A stretch of 64,000 bases of DNA from Caldisericia bacterium (GCA_963674785.1 OY771555.1:1728001-1792000); one strand, 5' to 3'. Shown: positions 11,895 to 22,856, counted from the first letter of the stretch. Made by a program: numbers and translations. The notes: generated by a model not told the origin, from the letters alone.

Positions 11895-12191
11895 CTACCA
11901 CTTTAGAAGATTGAACTTCTCAAGGGTAATCCAACCCTTGGCACGATACATTGCTACAATTGCAGCAAGTCCAATAATTGTCTCGGCAGCAGCAACAGCA
12001 ACAGCAAAGATGACCATTGTATGAGCGACACCTGGATCAGGGATTGAGTATGCAGTCGCAAGGAATGTGAGGTTTGCGCCATTGAGCATCAGTTCAATAC
12101 ACATCAGTATTCGAATTGCATTTCTGAGACTGAGTGCACCAATTACCCCAATACAGAAGAGGGCAGCACCCACAAAGAATAAGAAATTCAT
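11895..12191 (-). CDS. nuoK: Complex I-like subunit K
   Basis: ILMCIELMLN, VAAAE; 98 aa hydrophobic. Confidence 0.93.
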   Translation of the reverse strand: MNFLFFVGAALFCIGVIGALSLRNAIRILMCIELMLNGANLTFLATAYSIPDPGVAHTMVIFAVAVAAAETIIGLAAIVAMYRAKGWITLEKFNLLKW

Positions 12192-12763
12192 ACCTCATCC
12201 TCCTTTTTCTTAGCCATTTCAATTCCACCAATAAGAGCTGCAAGGATCATGATTGATGTCATCTCAACCGGGATTGCATATGGAGTACTTTCTCCTTCTT
12301 TGCCGAACATTACTCTGCTAATTGATTCAATAGATGGTTCAGGATTAACCAATTTTGATGGATGGATACCAGTAGGTAGTCTTCCAGCGACACTTGGATC
12401 TGTTGTAGTCTGAGTTGCAGTTTGTAGGAAGAAGAAGGCAATTGTAAGAAACATTGTCACACCAACTGCGACACCAACTCCAACCTGTCTATGAATATGA
12501 AGAAGCTGGCTACCCTTTTTATCCCTTGTGAACATGATTGCAAAAAGGATAAGGATTGAGATAGCCCCGACATAGATTGCAACCTGGGCAGCGGCAATAA
12601 AGTCAGCGTGTATCGAGATATATATGACCGCAATTGATAAGAGACACGCAATCAATGCCATGATCGCATGAACAATGTTTTTCAGGAAGATTGAGAGAAA
12701 GGCAAAAATGATTACAGGTGCAGAGGCGATGAAGAATATTAATCTTGACTCAATAAATCCCAT
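12188..12763 (-). CDS. nuoJ: Complex I-like subunit J
   Basis: AQVAIYVGAISILILFAIM. Confidence 0.92.
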   Translation of the reverse strand: MGFIESRLIFFIASAPVIIFAFLSIFLKNIVHAIMALIACLLSIAVIYISIHADFIAAAQVAIYVGAISILILFAIMFTRDKKGSQLLHIHRQVGVGVAVGVTMFLTIAFFFLQTATQTTTDPSVAGRLPTGIHPSKLVNPEPSIESISRVMFGKEGESTPYAIPVEMTSIMILAALIGGIEMAKKKEDEV

Positions 12764-13179
12764 TACACTTCACCTCCAGGCTGATTTGAAAGATCATCTA
12801 TGTTGTAAATCATGCCCTCTCTGGAAAATGATGCAAGTTCGTAAAAATTCCCAGCATGAAGTGCATCAAAAGGACAAACCTCAACACATATCCCGCAGAA
12901 CATGCATTGCTGAATCTTTACGGTGTATTCCTCAGGGTAAAATTTTCCTTCATCATTTTTTGCTTTTTTGATTTCTATCGCATGAACCGGACAGTTTCTG
13001 GCACAGATTCCACATGCTGTGCATTTCAACTTTCCGTTTTCATCAGAAACCAACCTCATGAGTCCAAAAAATCTTGGATTCATCGGTTGTTTCTTCTTTG
13101 GATACCTGAGAGTGAGCTTTTTCCTGAAAAGATGCTTCAGGGTAAGAAGTAGAGATAGTACAATTCCTTTTCCTGTCAT
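12763..13179 (-). CDS. nuoI: Complex I-like subunit I (2x[4Fe-4S])
   Basis: CTACGICARNCP and CMFCGICVEVCP; start moved to ATG 13179 after a GAGG RBS. Confidence 0.93.
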   Translation of the reverse strand: MTGKGIVLSLLLTLKHLFRKKLTLRYPKKKQPMNPRFFGLMRLVSDENGKLKCTACGICARNCPVHAIEIKKAKNDEGKFYPEEYTVKIQQCMFCGICVEVCPFDALHAGNFYELASFSREGMIYNIDDLSNQPGGEV

Positions 13180-13186
13180 ATCACCC

Positions 13187-14242
13187 TCACATTCCTGCCA
13201 AAGCATACTTGAATATCTCAAGTATGTGTGGATTTAGAACAATAAATGCGGTATACAACATATTTGCAACGGATAGTGGGAGTAAGAATTTCCATGCAAC
13301 ATCCATAAGCTGATCGGCTCTAATTCGAGGAAGCGACCTGGATACCCAGATTATCAGAACAACAATCGAACATGATTTTAGAATAAACCAGAGTGCTGGT
13401 GTTATATGTGGTCCAAGGCAAGTACCAAGAATACCGGGCATATATCCACCACCAAGGTATAATGCTGTTACCAATGCACCTGTAACAAATAAGTATGTAT
13501 ACTCTGCGAAGAAGAAGAATACGAACCTGATACCCGCAAACTCAACATTGTATCCAGCTACGAGCTCCGACTCACCTTCTGCAAGGTCAAATGGAATTCT
13601 GAAAACTTCAGCAAGTGATGCAATAAAGAATATTGCAAACCCTAAAAACTGGGGAATTATAAACCAAATCTTTTGAACTCCACCGATGATGCTTATGTTC
13701 ATTGAACCAGCCATCATAACAACACAAAGCATTGCAATTGTTTTAGGGACTTCATAACTTATTTCCTGAGCTGCCGATCTTACTGCTCCAAGAAGAGAAA
13801 ACTTGTTTCCAGATGACCATCCACCAACAAGAATACCGATAACACTAATGGACATAATCGCAGAAATCATAAGGATTCCAACGGATGAATTCGATGGAAC
13901 AAGCGGAGTTACAACTGCTTTTCCCGCAACATGTGTTACCGAAGTTGCAATAGGTATCAAAGCAAACACAATAAACGCAGGCACAAAAGTTATGAGTGGA
14001 GTGTAGGTATAAAGGAATTTGTCTGCCAGTTTTGGCATGACATCACCTTTACCAAGTAGCTTAACAGCATCTGCAAGTGGCTGGAACAATCCCCACGGTC
14101 CAACTTCCATTGGTCCAAGTCTCTGTTGAATCCAACCTAAAAACTTTCTTTCTACAAGAGTGAACGCAAGAGCGATGACCATAACAAACATGAACATCCC
14201 AATAGCAATTCCTGTTACAATCAATATATTCAATATGTTCAT
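13187..14242 (-). CDS. nuoH: Complex I-like subunit H
   Basis: ERKFLG..Q.RLGP, QPLADAVKL, PFDLAEGESELVAG; start moved to ATG 14242. Confidence 0.95.
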   Translation of the reverse strand: MNILNILIVTGIAIGMFMFVMVIALAFTLVERKFLGWIQQRLGPMEVGPWGLFQPLADAVKLLGKGDVMPKLADKFLYTYTPLITFVPAFIVFALIPIATSVTHVAGKAVVTPLVPSNSSVGILMISAIMSISVIGILVGGWSSGNKFSLLGAVRSAAQEISYEVPKTIAMLCVVMMAGSMNISIIGGVQKIWFIIPQFLGFAIFFIASLAEVFRIPFDLAEGESELVAGYNVEFAGIRFVFFFFAEYTYLFVTGALVTALYLGGGYMPGILGTCLGPHITPALWFILKSCSIVVLIIWVSRSLPRIRADQLMDVAWKFLLPLSVANMLYTAFIVLNPHILEIFKYALAGM

Positions 14243-14246
14243 TCGA

Positions 14247-15356
14247 TCACCTGTCTGCCTCGCCCATTGTTGGCGCAATAGAAGCAAAAGTTGCAATAAC
14301 ATCAGGGATCTGAATTCCCTTGATGATATCCGGGACTACTCGAATGTTGCTGAAGCTAGGAGCACGGATCTTCAATCGATATGGATTTGTTGACCCATCT
14401 GAAACAAGATACACTCCGAGCTCACCAATTGGGGCTTCGACTCTTGTGTAAACTTCACCCTTTGGAGGTTTTATTACTTTTGGAACTTTAGCCATGATGT
14501 CACCATCAGGCAGTTTTGAAAGGATTTGCTCAACAATATGAATGGACTGATATATCTCGTCATATCGAACCATATATCTTGAGAGGGTATCACCTTCGTT
14601 TCTTGTTATAACCTTGAACTCAAGTTTATCGTAAACTGAATAAGGTTCATCCATTCGAAGATCTCTTGCTACACCCGAACCCCTTAGAACTGGCCCCGAA
14701 CAACCATACTCAACTGCAAGGTCAGCAGGCAAAACACCGATTCCTTTTGTTCTTGCAAGGAATATCTCGTTTTTCTGCATCAAGTCACCATATTCTGGCA
14801 TCCTGTCTTTGAGATAATGGATAAATCTATCAATATCTGACAAAAATCCCTCAGGGATATCAGTTTTGACGCCACCGAACCTCATCCAGTTAAAAGTCAT
14901 TCTAGAACCTGAAACTGCAACAAAGAACTCAAGGAGATATTCTCGTTCACGAAGAGCGTATGTCATTGGGGTCATTGAAGCGAGATCGAGTCCCTGTGCA
15001 CCGATGTTTACAAGATGGGCTGCGATTCGATTGAGCTCCATCATAAGAACTCTCAGGTATTCTGCTCTTTCTGGGACTTCAATTCCCATGAGTTTCTCGA
15101 CTGCTGCAACATATGGATATTCATTCAAAAAACCAGCCAAGTAATCAAGCCTATCCATGTATGGGATAAACTGGAAATATGTGAGATTCTCGGCTATCTT
15201 TTCGATTCCTCTGTGAAGATATCCAAAAACGGGAGTACTGTTTACGACAACCTCACCATCTAATTCGGTTTTTAATCGGAAAACACCGTGAGTCGCCGGA
15301 TGGTGTGGACCGATATTCAGTTTCAATGTGTCTGTACAAATAGTCTGTTCGCTCAC
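14247..15356 (-). CDS. nuoD: Complex I-like subunit D
   Basis: GPHHPATHGVFRL, GYLHRGIEK, DRLDY, C-terminal GEADR; no NiFe CxxC motifs. Confidence 0.95.
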   Translation of the reverse strand: MSEQTICTDTLKLNIGPHHPATHGVFRLKTELDGEVVVNSTPVFGYLHRGIEKIAENLTYFQFIPYMDRLDYLAGFLNEYPYVAAVEKLMGIEVPERAEYLRVLMMELNRIAAHLVNIGAQGLDLASMTPMTYALREREYLLEFFVAVSGSRMTFNWMRFGGVKTDIPEGFLSDIDRFIHYLKDRMPEYGDLMQKNEIFLARTKGIGVLPADLAVEYGCSGPVLRGSGVARDLRMDEPYSVYDKLEFKVITRNEGDTLSRYMVRYDEIYQSIHIVEQILSKLPDGDIMAKVPKVIKPPKGEVYTRVEAPIGELGVYLVSDGSTNPYRLKIRAPSFSNIRVVPDIIKGIQIPDVIATFASIAPTMGEADR

Positions 15357-15365
15357 ATCATCCTC

Positions 15366-15797
15366 CTAATCAGTTTCCTTGAACTCTTTCCTAAGAGGAA
15401 AATCTGTAAATCCCTCAGGAGTCAGTATTCTCTCAAGATTTGGATGATTGGTAAATTCAATTCCAAACATATCAAAGACTTCACGTTCAAGATAATCAGC
15501 AGCCATCCATGAAGGTGTTATACTTGGAATAACAGGATTTTCTTTAGAAACGAAAGAGTACACCCAAATCTTCTTTTTATGCTTCCAATCATCAAGGATA
15601 TAGACAACATCAAATCCATCATCTCTGCATTTTGCGGATAACATTGTTAAAAAAGAAAAGCCATTGTTTTTGAGAGCAAGGATTTTTTCAACAATCTGCT
15701 CTGGCTCAACGCGAATCATCAATTCAGTCTCAGAACCTTCGACGAGCTCGGTTTTTATGCCTGTTTTCTCAAAAATTAACTTACTAAGCTCTGACAT
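15366..15797 (-). CDS. nuoC: Complex I-like subunit C
   Basis: [21 protein letters not shown]...FPLRKEF. Confidence 0.93.
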   Translation of the reverse strand: MSELSKLIFEKTGIKTELVEGSETELMIRVEPEQIVEKILALKNNGFSFLTMLSAKCRDDGFDVVYILDDWKHKKKIWVYSFVSKENPVIPSITPSWMAADYLEREVFDMFGIEFTNHPNLERILTPEGFTDFPLRKEFKETD

Positions 15798-16305
15798 GAT
15801 TCCTCCCGAGATTTTTTCGAGTTTTCATTATCTTTTCTTCGAGTTGAAGCATGGCAAACTGCAAAGCCTCTGGTCTTGGTGGACACCCAGGAATATACAC
15901 ATCAACCGGGATAATCTTGTCAACACCCTTTACAACAGAGTAACTATCAACAAAAGGGCCACCAGAACATGCACAAGCACCCATAGCAAGCACCCATTTT
16001 GGATTTGGAATCTGTTCATAAAGGAGCTGTGTGGGTTCAGCCATCTTCTTGGTAATAGTACCGGCAACAATCATGACATCACACTGTCTTGGTGTGGGTC
16101 TGAAAAAGCTTCCTAGCCTATCGAAATCATATCTTGGCATCCATGATTGAATCATCTCAAATGCGCAACACGCAGTTGCAAAGGTGAGAGGCCAAAGTGA
16201 ATTCTTTCGCCCCCAAGCAAGCAACCAATCAACGCTTGTGAGAAAAACTGCACCTTTGCCATCGGATAATACAGGATCAAGAGTTCTTGATTCTTTTAAT
16301 CCCAT
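15784..16305 (-). CDS. nuoB: Complex I-like subunit B
   Basis: [24 protein letters not shown]; start moved to ATG 16305. Confidence 0.95.
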   Translation of the reverse strand: MGLKESRTLDPVLSDGKGAVFLTSVDWLLAWGRKNSLWPLTFATACCAFEMIQSWMPRYDFDRLGSFFRPTPRQCDVMIVAGTITKKMAEPTQLLYEQIPNPKWVLAMGACACSGGPFVDSYSVVKGVDKIIPVDVYIPGCPPRPEALQFAMLQLEEKIMKTRKNLGRNHVRA

Positions 16306-16661
16306 TTCAAAAGACCCCTTCCCCATGCGTACAACCATCCAACAAGGATGATCCCAATGAACAAAAAGACCTCAAAAAATGCATATAAACCAAGCACATT
16401 CGCCTTAACTGCCCATGGATAGAGAAATATTGCTTCAACATCAAATGCTACAAAAATAAGCAAGAATGTAAGATATCTGACGTTGAATTTTACATCGGCA
16501 TCTTTCTCCGGATACATTCCGCACTCGTACGGAGTCAAAGCTTTCTCACCTTTGATCCTCTTTGGTCTAAGAAGGAACGAAAGGAAGTACGCAACAAGAC
16601 CAAAACCGATGCCAACTAGTACAAAAATCCCTATGTTTACATAGTTATTTAGATATTCCAT
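16296..16661 (-). CDS. nuoA: Complex I-like subunit A
   Basis: [21 protein letters not shown]. Confidence 0.95.
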   Translation of the reverse strand: MEYLNNYVNIGIFVLVGIGFGLVAYFLSFLLRPKRIKGEKALTPYECGMYPEKDADVKFNVRYLTFLLIFVAFDVEAIFLYPWAVKANVLGLYAFFEVFLFIGIILVGWLYAWGRGLLKWD

Positions 16662-16707
16662 TAACCACCTCGTCTATAAATGTGGTACAAGCCTCGAACA
16701 AAACAAC

Positions 16708-16735
16708 ATTATAAAAAACAATGTGTTTTTTGCAA
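16708..16735 (-). promoter_or_regulatory. Sigma70-type promoter of the nuo-atp operon with an overlapping inverted repeat
   Basis: TTGCAA-N16-TATAAT on the minus strand; AAAAAACA-N3-TGTTTTTT palindrome at 16713-16731. Confidence 0.6.
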
Positions 16736-16748
16736 CCATCTGACAGAG

Positions 16749-16777
16749 TTTGACATTTTGGGTGCAAAAAAGTTACA
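16749..16777 (-). promoter_or_regulatory. Candidate ECF-sigma promoter
   Basis: TGTAAC-N17-GTCAAA; same layout as the motifs at 61319-61347 and 62508-62536. Confidence 0.45.
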
Positions 16778-16788
16778 GCTTTAGCTCC

Positions 16789-17901
16789 TCACAAAACTCC
16801 AACAATCTCTTCAATTGTTAATTCTCTTGTGAGTTTTCCTCTCGCAATTTTCTCGTTTCCTCCACCTTTTCCACCTAGGCTTTCAGTTATCGATTTAAGA
16901 ATCTCTTTTGCAGAAATCCGATTTGAAGAAACAGAAATAGAGGTATCTGCAACAACTATTCCGATATCGTATTTTTCTAAAAGTGCTGATAAAACCTTAC
17001 CTTGTACGTCATTTGGGATTTTATCAACTATTAATCCAGTTTTAAAACTGTTATGGTCAACTACCTCACAGTTTTCAGTGATGAACGGAATCATTTTTAT
17101 CCAAAGAGCATTTAACTCCCTGTTCTTTTCTTTTGTATCTATGATCATCTGGCTTAGTTTCTTTAAAAGCTCCGAATTGCTGCAGCTTGTTTGCTTGCGG
17201 AGCTCCCTTAAGACATCTGTTTCACTTTGCGAATACTCAACAGCATCAAATCCTGTTACATACGTAATTCTTGAGCCAGTTCTTTTCTTTTCAATAGAGA
17301 TTATTTTTATGAAACCAATGTTTCCGGTTTTTGATACATGTGCCCCACAACATGCAGAGGAGTCGATATCTTCAATGGACACGACTCTTATGTCATCAGG
17401 ATTCATGCCCTCTAAAACATCATGAAACCGAGTTTCTCCTTCTCCATAAGATGTGTTAACAGAGAAATCATCCATCACGACTTGATTCGAAAGAAGTTCA
17501 ATCTTATTGATTGTTTCCCAGCAAACCTCTTTATCAAACTCAATCGTTGAGGTGTCACCGATATGGACACCAACAGTTTTTAGATCAAACTCTTTTTCTG
17601 CTATCCCGGAAATGATATGTTGTGCAGTGTGGTATCTACTCGTAAAGAGTCGATGTTTCTTATCGACTTTCACAGAATACTTTCCACTTGATATATCTTT
17701 TGATAATGATAATACGATTTTTCCATCTACAACAACTACAGATTCAACAACCACTTCACCGACCATTCCCTTGTCTGCGGGTTGTCCACCCTCCTCAGGA
17801 TGAAAGATATTTGGAGAGATTGTAATCCTCTTATCATCAATCTTTGTTACCTCAACTTCGACATTATAAATCTCTGGTGATTCCCAATATTCTCTTCTCA
17901 T
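16789..17901 (-). CDS. AlaX-type tRNA editing protein with C-terminal DHHA1-like domain
   Basis: FHPEEGGQPAD, HTAQH and CCGAH zinc motifs, GGKGGG; start moved to ATG 17901. Confidence 0.85.
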   Translation of the reverse strand: MRREYWESPEIYNVEVEVTKIDDKRITISPNIFHPEEGGQPADKGMVGEVVVESVVVVDGKIVLSLSKDISSGKYSVKVDKKHRLFTSRYHTAQHIISGIAEKEFDLKTVGVHIGDTSTIEFDKEVCWETINKIELLSNQVVMDDFSVNTSYGEGETRFHDVLEGMNPDDIRVVSIEDIDSSACCGAHVSKTGNIGFIKIISIEKKRTGSRITYVTGFDAVEYSQSETDVLRELRKQTSCSNSELLKKLSQMIIDTKEKNRELNALWIKMIPFITENCEVVDHNSFKTGLIVDKIPNDVQGKVLSALLEKYDIGIVVADTSISVSSNRISAKEILKSITESLGGKGGGNEKIARGKLTRELTIEEIVGVL

Positions 17902-17976
17902 GAGGTTGATGATAACAAAAAAATCACATGAATTCCAACTATTGAATTTTGATTTTTCTTCATAAGAATTATCCAC

Positions 17977-18960
17977 ATGGATAAAGCAGAAATCATAGTA
18001 AGAAAATACAGAGGTGAGATAGTCGAATCTCAATTCAGAGGACACATTGTAGTAGTCAATAAAAGTGGAAAAATCATCAAATCTATCGGTGACCCAAATC
18101 ATTTCACGTTTATTAGAAGCGCCTCAAAACCGTTTCAGGCTATCGCATTGATTACCTCTGGTGCATTTGGATCATTTGGTCTTTCAAAAAAACATCTTGC
18201 AGTTGCATCTGGATCGCACAATGGCCAAAAAATAAATACTGATGTTGTTTTTGAGATGCTCAATAAAGCATCATTATCGGAAAACAATCTTTTGTGCGGA
18301 ATACATCCACCATTTACAAAAAATGCGAAAGATGAAATAGGAGATAATACAACTCCAGTTAACAACAATTGCTCAGGTAAACATGCTGCTATGCTATTAA
18401 TCTGTGTTCATATGGGATGGGAAATTCAAAACTACATGAACCCAGAGCATCCTGTACAGAAATTGATGAAAGAAACGGTATCAAAGATGTGCCAAATCAA
18501 TTCGAATAAAGTAAAGATTGGAATTGATGGTTGTGGTGTACCTGTTTTTGCGATGCCTCTTGTTAATATGGCAATTGGTTTTAGCAATTTGATAAACAAA
18601 GAGAATCTTCCTGAAGAATATAATAAGCCAGTTGAAGCAATTGTGAGTGCTATCCATAAGTATCCAGATATCTACGCTGGGGATGACCGAATCGCAACTG
18701 CATTCGTAAGAGATAACCCCGATTCTATCTTCAAAGCGGGAGCTGAAGGAGTGGGCTGCTTTGGTCTTAAAGATGTTGGAATCGCATTCAAACTCGAATG
18801 CGGTGATGATGGAAAAATCTCACATTTTGTAATCAGCAATATTGCAAAGAAAATGGGCTGCAAAACAACCAGATTGGAAAAATGGTGGAACCCCGACATC
18901 TACTCCCATTCAGGCACAAAAGTCGGTGAAATGAGATTTAATGACGATGTTTGGGGTTAA
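17977..18960 (+). CDS. L-asparaginase II (Rhizobium AnsA-type)
   Basis: RSASKPFQ, SGSH, NCSGKH, DGCG, KAGAEG motifs. Confidence 0.88.
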   Translation: MDKAEIIVRKYRGEIVESQFRGHIVVVNKSGKIIKSIGDPNHFTFIRSASKPFQAIALITSGAFGSFGLSKKHLAVASGSHNGQKINTDVVFEMLNKASLSENNLLCGIHPPFTKNAKDEIGDNTTPVNNNCSGKHAAMLLICVHMGWEIQNYMNPEHPVQKLMKETVSKMCQINSNKVKIGIDGCGVPVFAMPLVNMAIGFSNLINKENLPEEYNKPVEAIVSAIHKYPDIYAGDDRIATAFVRDNPDSIFKAGAEGVGCFGLKDVGIAFKLECGDDGKISHFVISNIAKKMGCKTTRLEKWWNPDIYSHSGTKVGEMRFNDDVWG

Positions 18961-18966
18961 TGCGAT

Positions 18967-20559
18967 TTATCTTCCAGGAGTCTTATCGTTTGAAAGTATT
19001 GCACGAAGGAATTGTTCGTTGCTCTTTGATTCCTTCATCCATTTGTAAAGCTTCTTAAGAGCTTCGTCTGTTTCAAGATTAGATAAGAATCTTCTCAGAC
19101 TCCAGATGCGTTTTCTCTCTTCAGCCTCATACAGAAGCTCATCTCTTCTCGTTCCAGATTTGTTGATTTCGATTGCAGGGAAGAGTCCCTTTTCTGCAAG
19201 TTTTCTGTCGAGTACAAGTTCCATATTTCCCGTACCTTTGTACTCTTCATAGATAACCTCATCCATTCTTGAGCCTGTTTCGATAAGTGCGGTTGCGATC
19301 ATTGTCAAACTTCCGCCACCATCCATGTTTCTTGCAGCACCAAGAACACGTTTTGGACCGTGAATTGCTGAGGTATCAAGACCACCAGTCAAAGTTCTTC
19401 CAGTTGGACTCATGACAAGGTTGTAAGCTCTTGTAAGCCTTGTAATACCATCCATAAGGATTACAACATCTTTGCCAAGTTCAACAAGTCTCTTCGCGCG
19501 CTCCATTGCAAGTTCAACGACCCTGATGTGGTTTTCAGGAAGCTGATCAAATGTTGAGTGGATTACCTGAGCCTTAACTGATCTTTCCATATCAGTTACT
19601 TCTTCTGGTCTCTCATCAACAAGGACAATCATAAGAATCACTTCAGGATGATTGATTGAAATCGCCTGGGCGATTTTTTTGATTACTGTTGTTTTTCCTG
19701 CCTTTGGAGGGGAAACGATCATTCCTCTCTGACCTTTTCCAATTGGAGAAAATAATTCTACAAGTCTCAGTGTGAAATTATTCTTGCCTGGAACTTCGAG
19801 GATAAGCCTCTCATCTGGGAAAACTGGGATCATTTTTTCAAAAATTGGTCTATCTTTCATCGCCCCGGGATCTTGACCATTTATCGATGTCACTCTCAAC
19901 ATCGCAGAATACTTCTCGCTAGCCTTTGAGGGATGTCTCACAAGACCCTCAACATAGTCACCATTCCTCAGATTGAATTTCCTTATCTGTGATGGAGCCA
20001 TATAGATATCATCAGGATTAGGAACATATGTAACCCTTAAAAAACCATAACCATCAGGATGAATCTCAAGTACACCTTTTCCTTCTCCCTGTGACTCACC
20101 CTTATACTGGAAACCGCTTATACTTTTTTTTGCATCTTTCTGTTTGGGTGGATCTTGTGGTGTTGCTTCTTTTTCTATATCAGCTTCTGTCTTCTGTTCG
20201 ACTTCCTCTTTTTCTTCGAGTTTATTCTGAGAATACTTTTTTGGAGGAAACATTAATTTTGGTCTTGGTTGCTGAGTATTTTCTTCGGTTTCATTTTTTT
20301 CATCATCTGAGGTGAATGAAAGTGATGGTGAACTTGTGTCCCCTTCCCTGTTCATCTTTTCAAGTTCGGCTTTACTCTTTCTACCTCTTTTTTTTCTTAC
20401 TACGACTTTCTTACCCTGTGACACAAGGCAAACTTCTTCAATGAGATCAGATTTTTTAAAACTTGTGTAATTTTTTATCTTAAGATCTTTGCAAATATCG
20501 TATATCTCTCTCATTGTGAGATCATCGAGATCTTCTGGTGTATAAATTTTCTTTTCCAT
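18967..20559 (-). CDS. rho: Transcription termination factor Rho with a polar N-terminal insertion
   Basis: [38 protein letters not shown]. Confidence 0.97.
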   Translation of the reverse strand: MEKKIYTPEDLDDLTMREIYDICKDLKIKNYTSFKKSDLIEEVCLVSQGKKVVVRKKRGRKSKAELEKMNREGDTSSPSLSFTSDDEKNETEENTQQPRPKLMFPPKKYSQNKLEEKEEVEQKTEADIEKEATPQDPPKQKDAKKSISGFQYKGESQGEGKGVLEIHPDGYGFLRVTYVPNPDDIYMAPSQIRKFNLRNGDYVEGLVRHPSKASEKYSAMLRVTSINGQDPGAMKDRPIFEKMIPVFPDERLILEVPGKNNFTLRLVELFSPIGKGQRGMIVSPPKAGKTTVIKKIAQAISINHPEVILMIVLVDERPEEVTDMERSVKAQVIHSTFDQLPENHIRVVELAMERAKRLVELGKDVVILMDGITRLTRAYNLVMSPTGRTLTGGLDTSAIHGPKRVLGAARNMDGGGSLTMIATALIETGSRMDEVIYEEYKGTGNMELVLDRKLAEKGLFPAIEINKSGTRRDELLYEAEERKRIWSLRRFLSNLETDEALKKLYKWMKESKSNEQFLRAILSNDKTPGR

Positions 20560-20561
20560 TT

Positions 20562-20972
20562 TTACCTATTTCCTTTTTCAAATGCAAGATTTGCCATTCT
20601 ATCTGCTGACTTATTAAATTCTCTTCCAACATGTATTATCTCTAAATTTGTAAAACGCTTTATGAGATTTGTTGCTATAAGATAATATACGAGGAGTTCT
20701 TTCTTTTTGACTTTATATTCTCCATTGATCTGTCTGACTATGAGCTGAGAATCTGATTTGATCTTCACCTCTTCAGTCTCAAGCCCTAATGAAACAAGCT
20801 TTGAAAGAGAATATATCATTCCGGCATACTCAGCTGCATTGTTTGTTTGAATGCCAATCTCAAAACTCTCTTCAAAAACAAGCGATTCATCAACCTCACA
20901 AATCGAACCAAAACTTGCTGGTCCAGGGTTTCCCTTTGAAGCACCATCTGTCCATACAAAAACTTTTTTCAT
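20562..20972 (-). CDS. rnhA: Ribonuclease HI
   Basis: TDGASKGNPG, TNNAAEY, SDSQL, REFNKSAD. Confidence 0.9.
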   Translation of the reverse strand: MKKVFVWTDGASKGNPGPASFGSICEVDESLVFEESFEIGIQTNNAAEYAGMIYSLSKLVSLGLETEEVKIKSDSQLIVRQINGEYKVKKKELLVYYLIATNLIKRFTNLEIIHVGREFNKSADRMANLAFEKGNR

Positions 20973-21682
20973 GATTCCACTTTTATCCTATAAATTATTC
21001 TTCCACAATTATTGCAATAATGAATTTCATCTGGTTCTTCAGATAATCTTTGATCCAATGATTTTGAGATTGTTTCGTTGCAACCAGAACAGAGAGTACC
21101 GATCACCTCTGCCATAGCGATCCCATCTTTTCTTTTGGCAAGGTTTCCGTAGATTTCCAATTGGTCTTCATCAATCTGAGGTAGGAGCTCTTCTCTTTCA
21201 ATATCGATTTCCAGAATCTTTTCTTCTCCCTTTTCCTTAATTTTTTTGTAGTTACCAAGAACTTCTTGATATTTTTCTTTTATCAAAGCCAATTTTTCCT
21301 GCAACTTATCCCTAAAAGATTTATACTTTTCAAACTTCTCAAGTAGCTCCAGTTCTTCTGTTTCAAGTTTATCAACATGTTCGGAAACTTTTTTTAGTGA
21401 TTCTTGAATATTTGAAATCTGCTTTGAATCAACATCCGAACTGAAAAGCATTTTTTCCATCTTTTCTTTTTCAGAAACAGCATCGTCAAGCTTCAGCTTC
21501 AAACTCTTCATTTTCTTTTCAATAAGGGAGACCGCGCTAACGAACTTATCAGCATCCACCTTCACAGAATAATACTGAGCTTTAAGTTCTGAGCCATCAT
21601 TTGTGTTTTCAATCTCGTTTTCTATCCGACGGCGCTTAAGATCTACAACACATAATCTGATGAGTTTTGAGATACCTGACAT
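20969..21682 (-). CDS. Coiled-coil protein with C4 zinc ribbon (DUF164-like)
   Basis: Long coiled coil, CSGC...CNNCGRI. Confidence 0.85.
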   Translation of the reverse strand: MSGISKLIRLCVVDLKRRRIENEIENTNDGSELKAQYYSVKVDADKFVSAVSLIEKKMKSLKLKLDDAVSEKEKMEKMLFSSDVDSKQISNIQESLKKVSEHVDKLETEELELLEKFEKYKSFRDKLQEKLALIKEKYQEVLGNYKKIKEKGEEKILEIDIEREELLPQIDEDQLEIYGNLAKRKDGIAMAEVIGTLCSGCNETISKSLDQRLSEEPDEIHYCNNCGRIIYRIKVES

Positions 21683-21699
21683 TTCCCTCTCTCTAAGTA

Positions 21700-21773
21700 T
21701 GGGCCCAGCAGGACTCGAACCTGCGACCCACTGGTTATGAGCCAGTTGCTCTGACCGACTGAGCTATGGGCCC
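21700..21773 (-). tRNA. tRNA with CAT anticodon, probably Ile2 (lysidine); CCA not encoded
   Basis: GGGCCCATAGCTCAGTCGGTCAGAGC-ACTGG-CTCATAA-CCAGT...GGTTCGAGTCC; G1-C72 paired and lacks the initiator's three G-C anticodon pairs. Confidence 0.9.
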
Positions 21774-21921
21774 TCATAAAAGAATAGTGGTATATAGATT
21801 ATCGATTTCTGGATTTATAAAACCAATAATTTATTAAGACTGACCAAAGTTTGAACGAACCTATATAGTTACGAAAACTTAATATATTTGCAATTTAAAA
21901 TAAATTCTGTATCATATCAAC

Positions 21922-22134
21922 ATGGAAAGCTTAAAAGATTTTAGTAGAAAAGAAACTGATTGTATTTTTCTCGAAGGGTGCCCATTCTTCAATAACCTTA
22001 CTGTATCTGTAACTGAGAAAGCACTTAAGGCTCTATACTGCAAGAGAAGGTACACGATGTGTGAACGTTACAAACTCAGGATGGCTGGGTCACTAGTAGA
22101 CAAAAAAATGTGGCCAAATGGTAAAATTGTTTAG
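21922..22134 (+). CDS. Small four-cysteine protein of unknown function
   Basis: C-x5-CPFF...YC-x6-CERY; promoter TTGCAA-N16-TATCAT ends 6 nt before the ATG. Confidence 0.7.
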   Translation: MESLKDFSRKETDCIFLEGCPFFNNLTVSVTEKALKALYCKRRYTMCERYKLRMAGSLVDKKMWPNGKIV

Positions 22135-22142
22135 GATTAAAT

Positions 22143-22856
22143 TTAACTTCTAGGCTTTCGTTTTAAAATTGCGACTTCTTTTGACGAAAGCCTCCTAAAA
22201 CTTCCGGGCTTAATACCCTTCAACGCAATTCCAGCGTATTCTGTTCTTTTCATTCGGTAAACTTTGTTCCCAACGGCTTCAACCATTCTTTTTACATGAT
22301 GATATCTGCCCTCGTGAAGAGTCAAAAAAAGATAATCACCTTGTTTGTATGCTTGATCAGCTTTTGTTGTTATTCCACCTTCGAGACTCACACCCTCAAG
22401 TAGTTTCTTTACTTGGTAATTGCCGACTCTATCTTTACATGTTATCCTGTATGTCCTGGCAACATTAAACTTTGGATGTGTAAGTTTATAGAGAAGATCA
22501 CCATCATCGGTAAGTAGAAGCAACCCCGATGTATCATAATCCAATCTTCCTACAGGATTCAAATGCTTCATGTTATCGGGAAGATACTTGTAAATTGTAT
22601 CTCTCCCTTTTTCATCTTTTTTTGAAGTGATTACTAATCGAGGTTTATTGAATACAATGTATTGTAGGGATTTTGCTTTCGTAAGCTCTTTGCCTTCAAC
22701 AATTATCGAGGCACTTTGAGGGAATTTTGCCCCCAGCTCGGTTATGACAACTCCGTCAACTGTAACCTTGCCATCAGCAATTAGCTCATCAGCTTTTCTT
22801 CTAGAACAGTAACCTGATTTAGAAATCAGAACATTTAGCCTAAAACTCTCGATCAA
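22143..22856 (-). CDS. rRNA pseudouridine synthase, RsuA/RluB family
   Basis: S4 domain SRRKADELI..G.V; GRLDYDTSGLLLLT; TTG start overlaps the upstream stop. Confidence 0.92.
   Translation of the reverse strand: MIESFRLNVLISKSGYCSRRKADELIADGKVTVDGVVITELGAKFPQSASIIVEGKELTKAKSLQYIVFNKPRLVITSKKDEKGRDTIYKYLPDNMKHLNPVGRLDYDTSGLLLLTDDGDLLYKLTHPKFNVARTYRITCKDRVGNYQVKKLLEGVSLEGGITTKADQAYKQGDYLFLTLHEGRYHHVKRMVEAVGNKVYRMKRTEYAGIALKGIKPGSFRRLSSKEVAILKRKPRS

Noticed and set aside
14247-16305. Group 4 NiFe hydrogenase interpretation of the nuo cluster
   Set aside because: NuoD has no CxxC pairs and NuoB has the complex-I-type tandem CC motif.
21700-21773. Initiator tRNA-fMet
   Set aside because: The 1-72 pair is G-C and the three consecutive anticodon-stem G-C pairs are missing. 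Elongator Met cannot be fully excluded.
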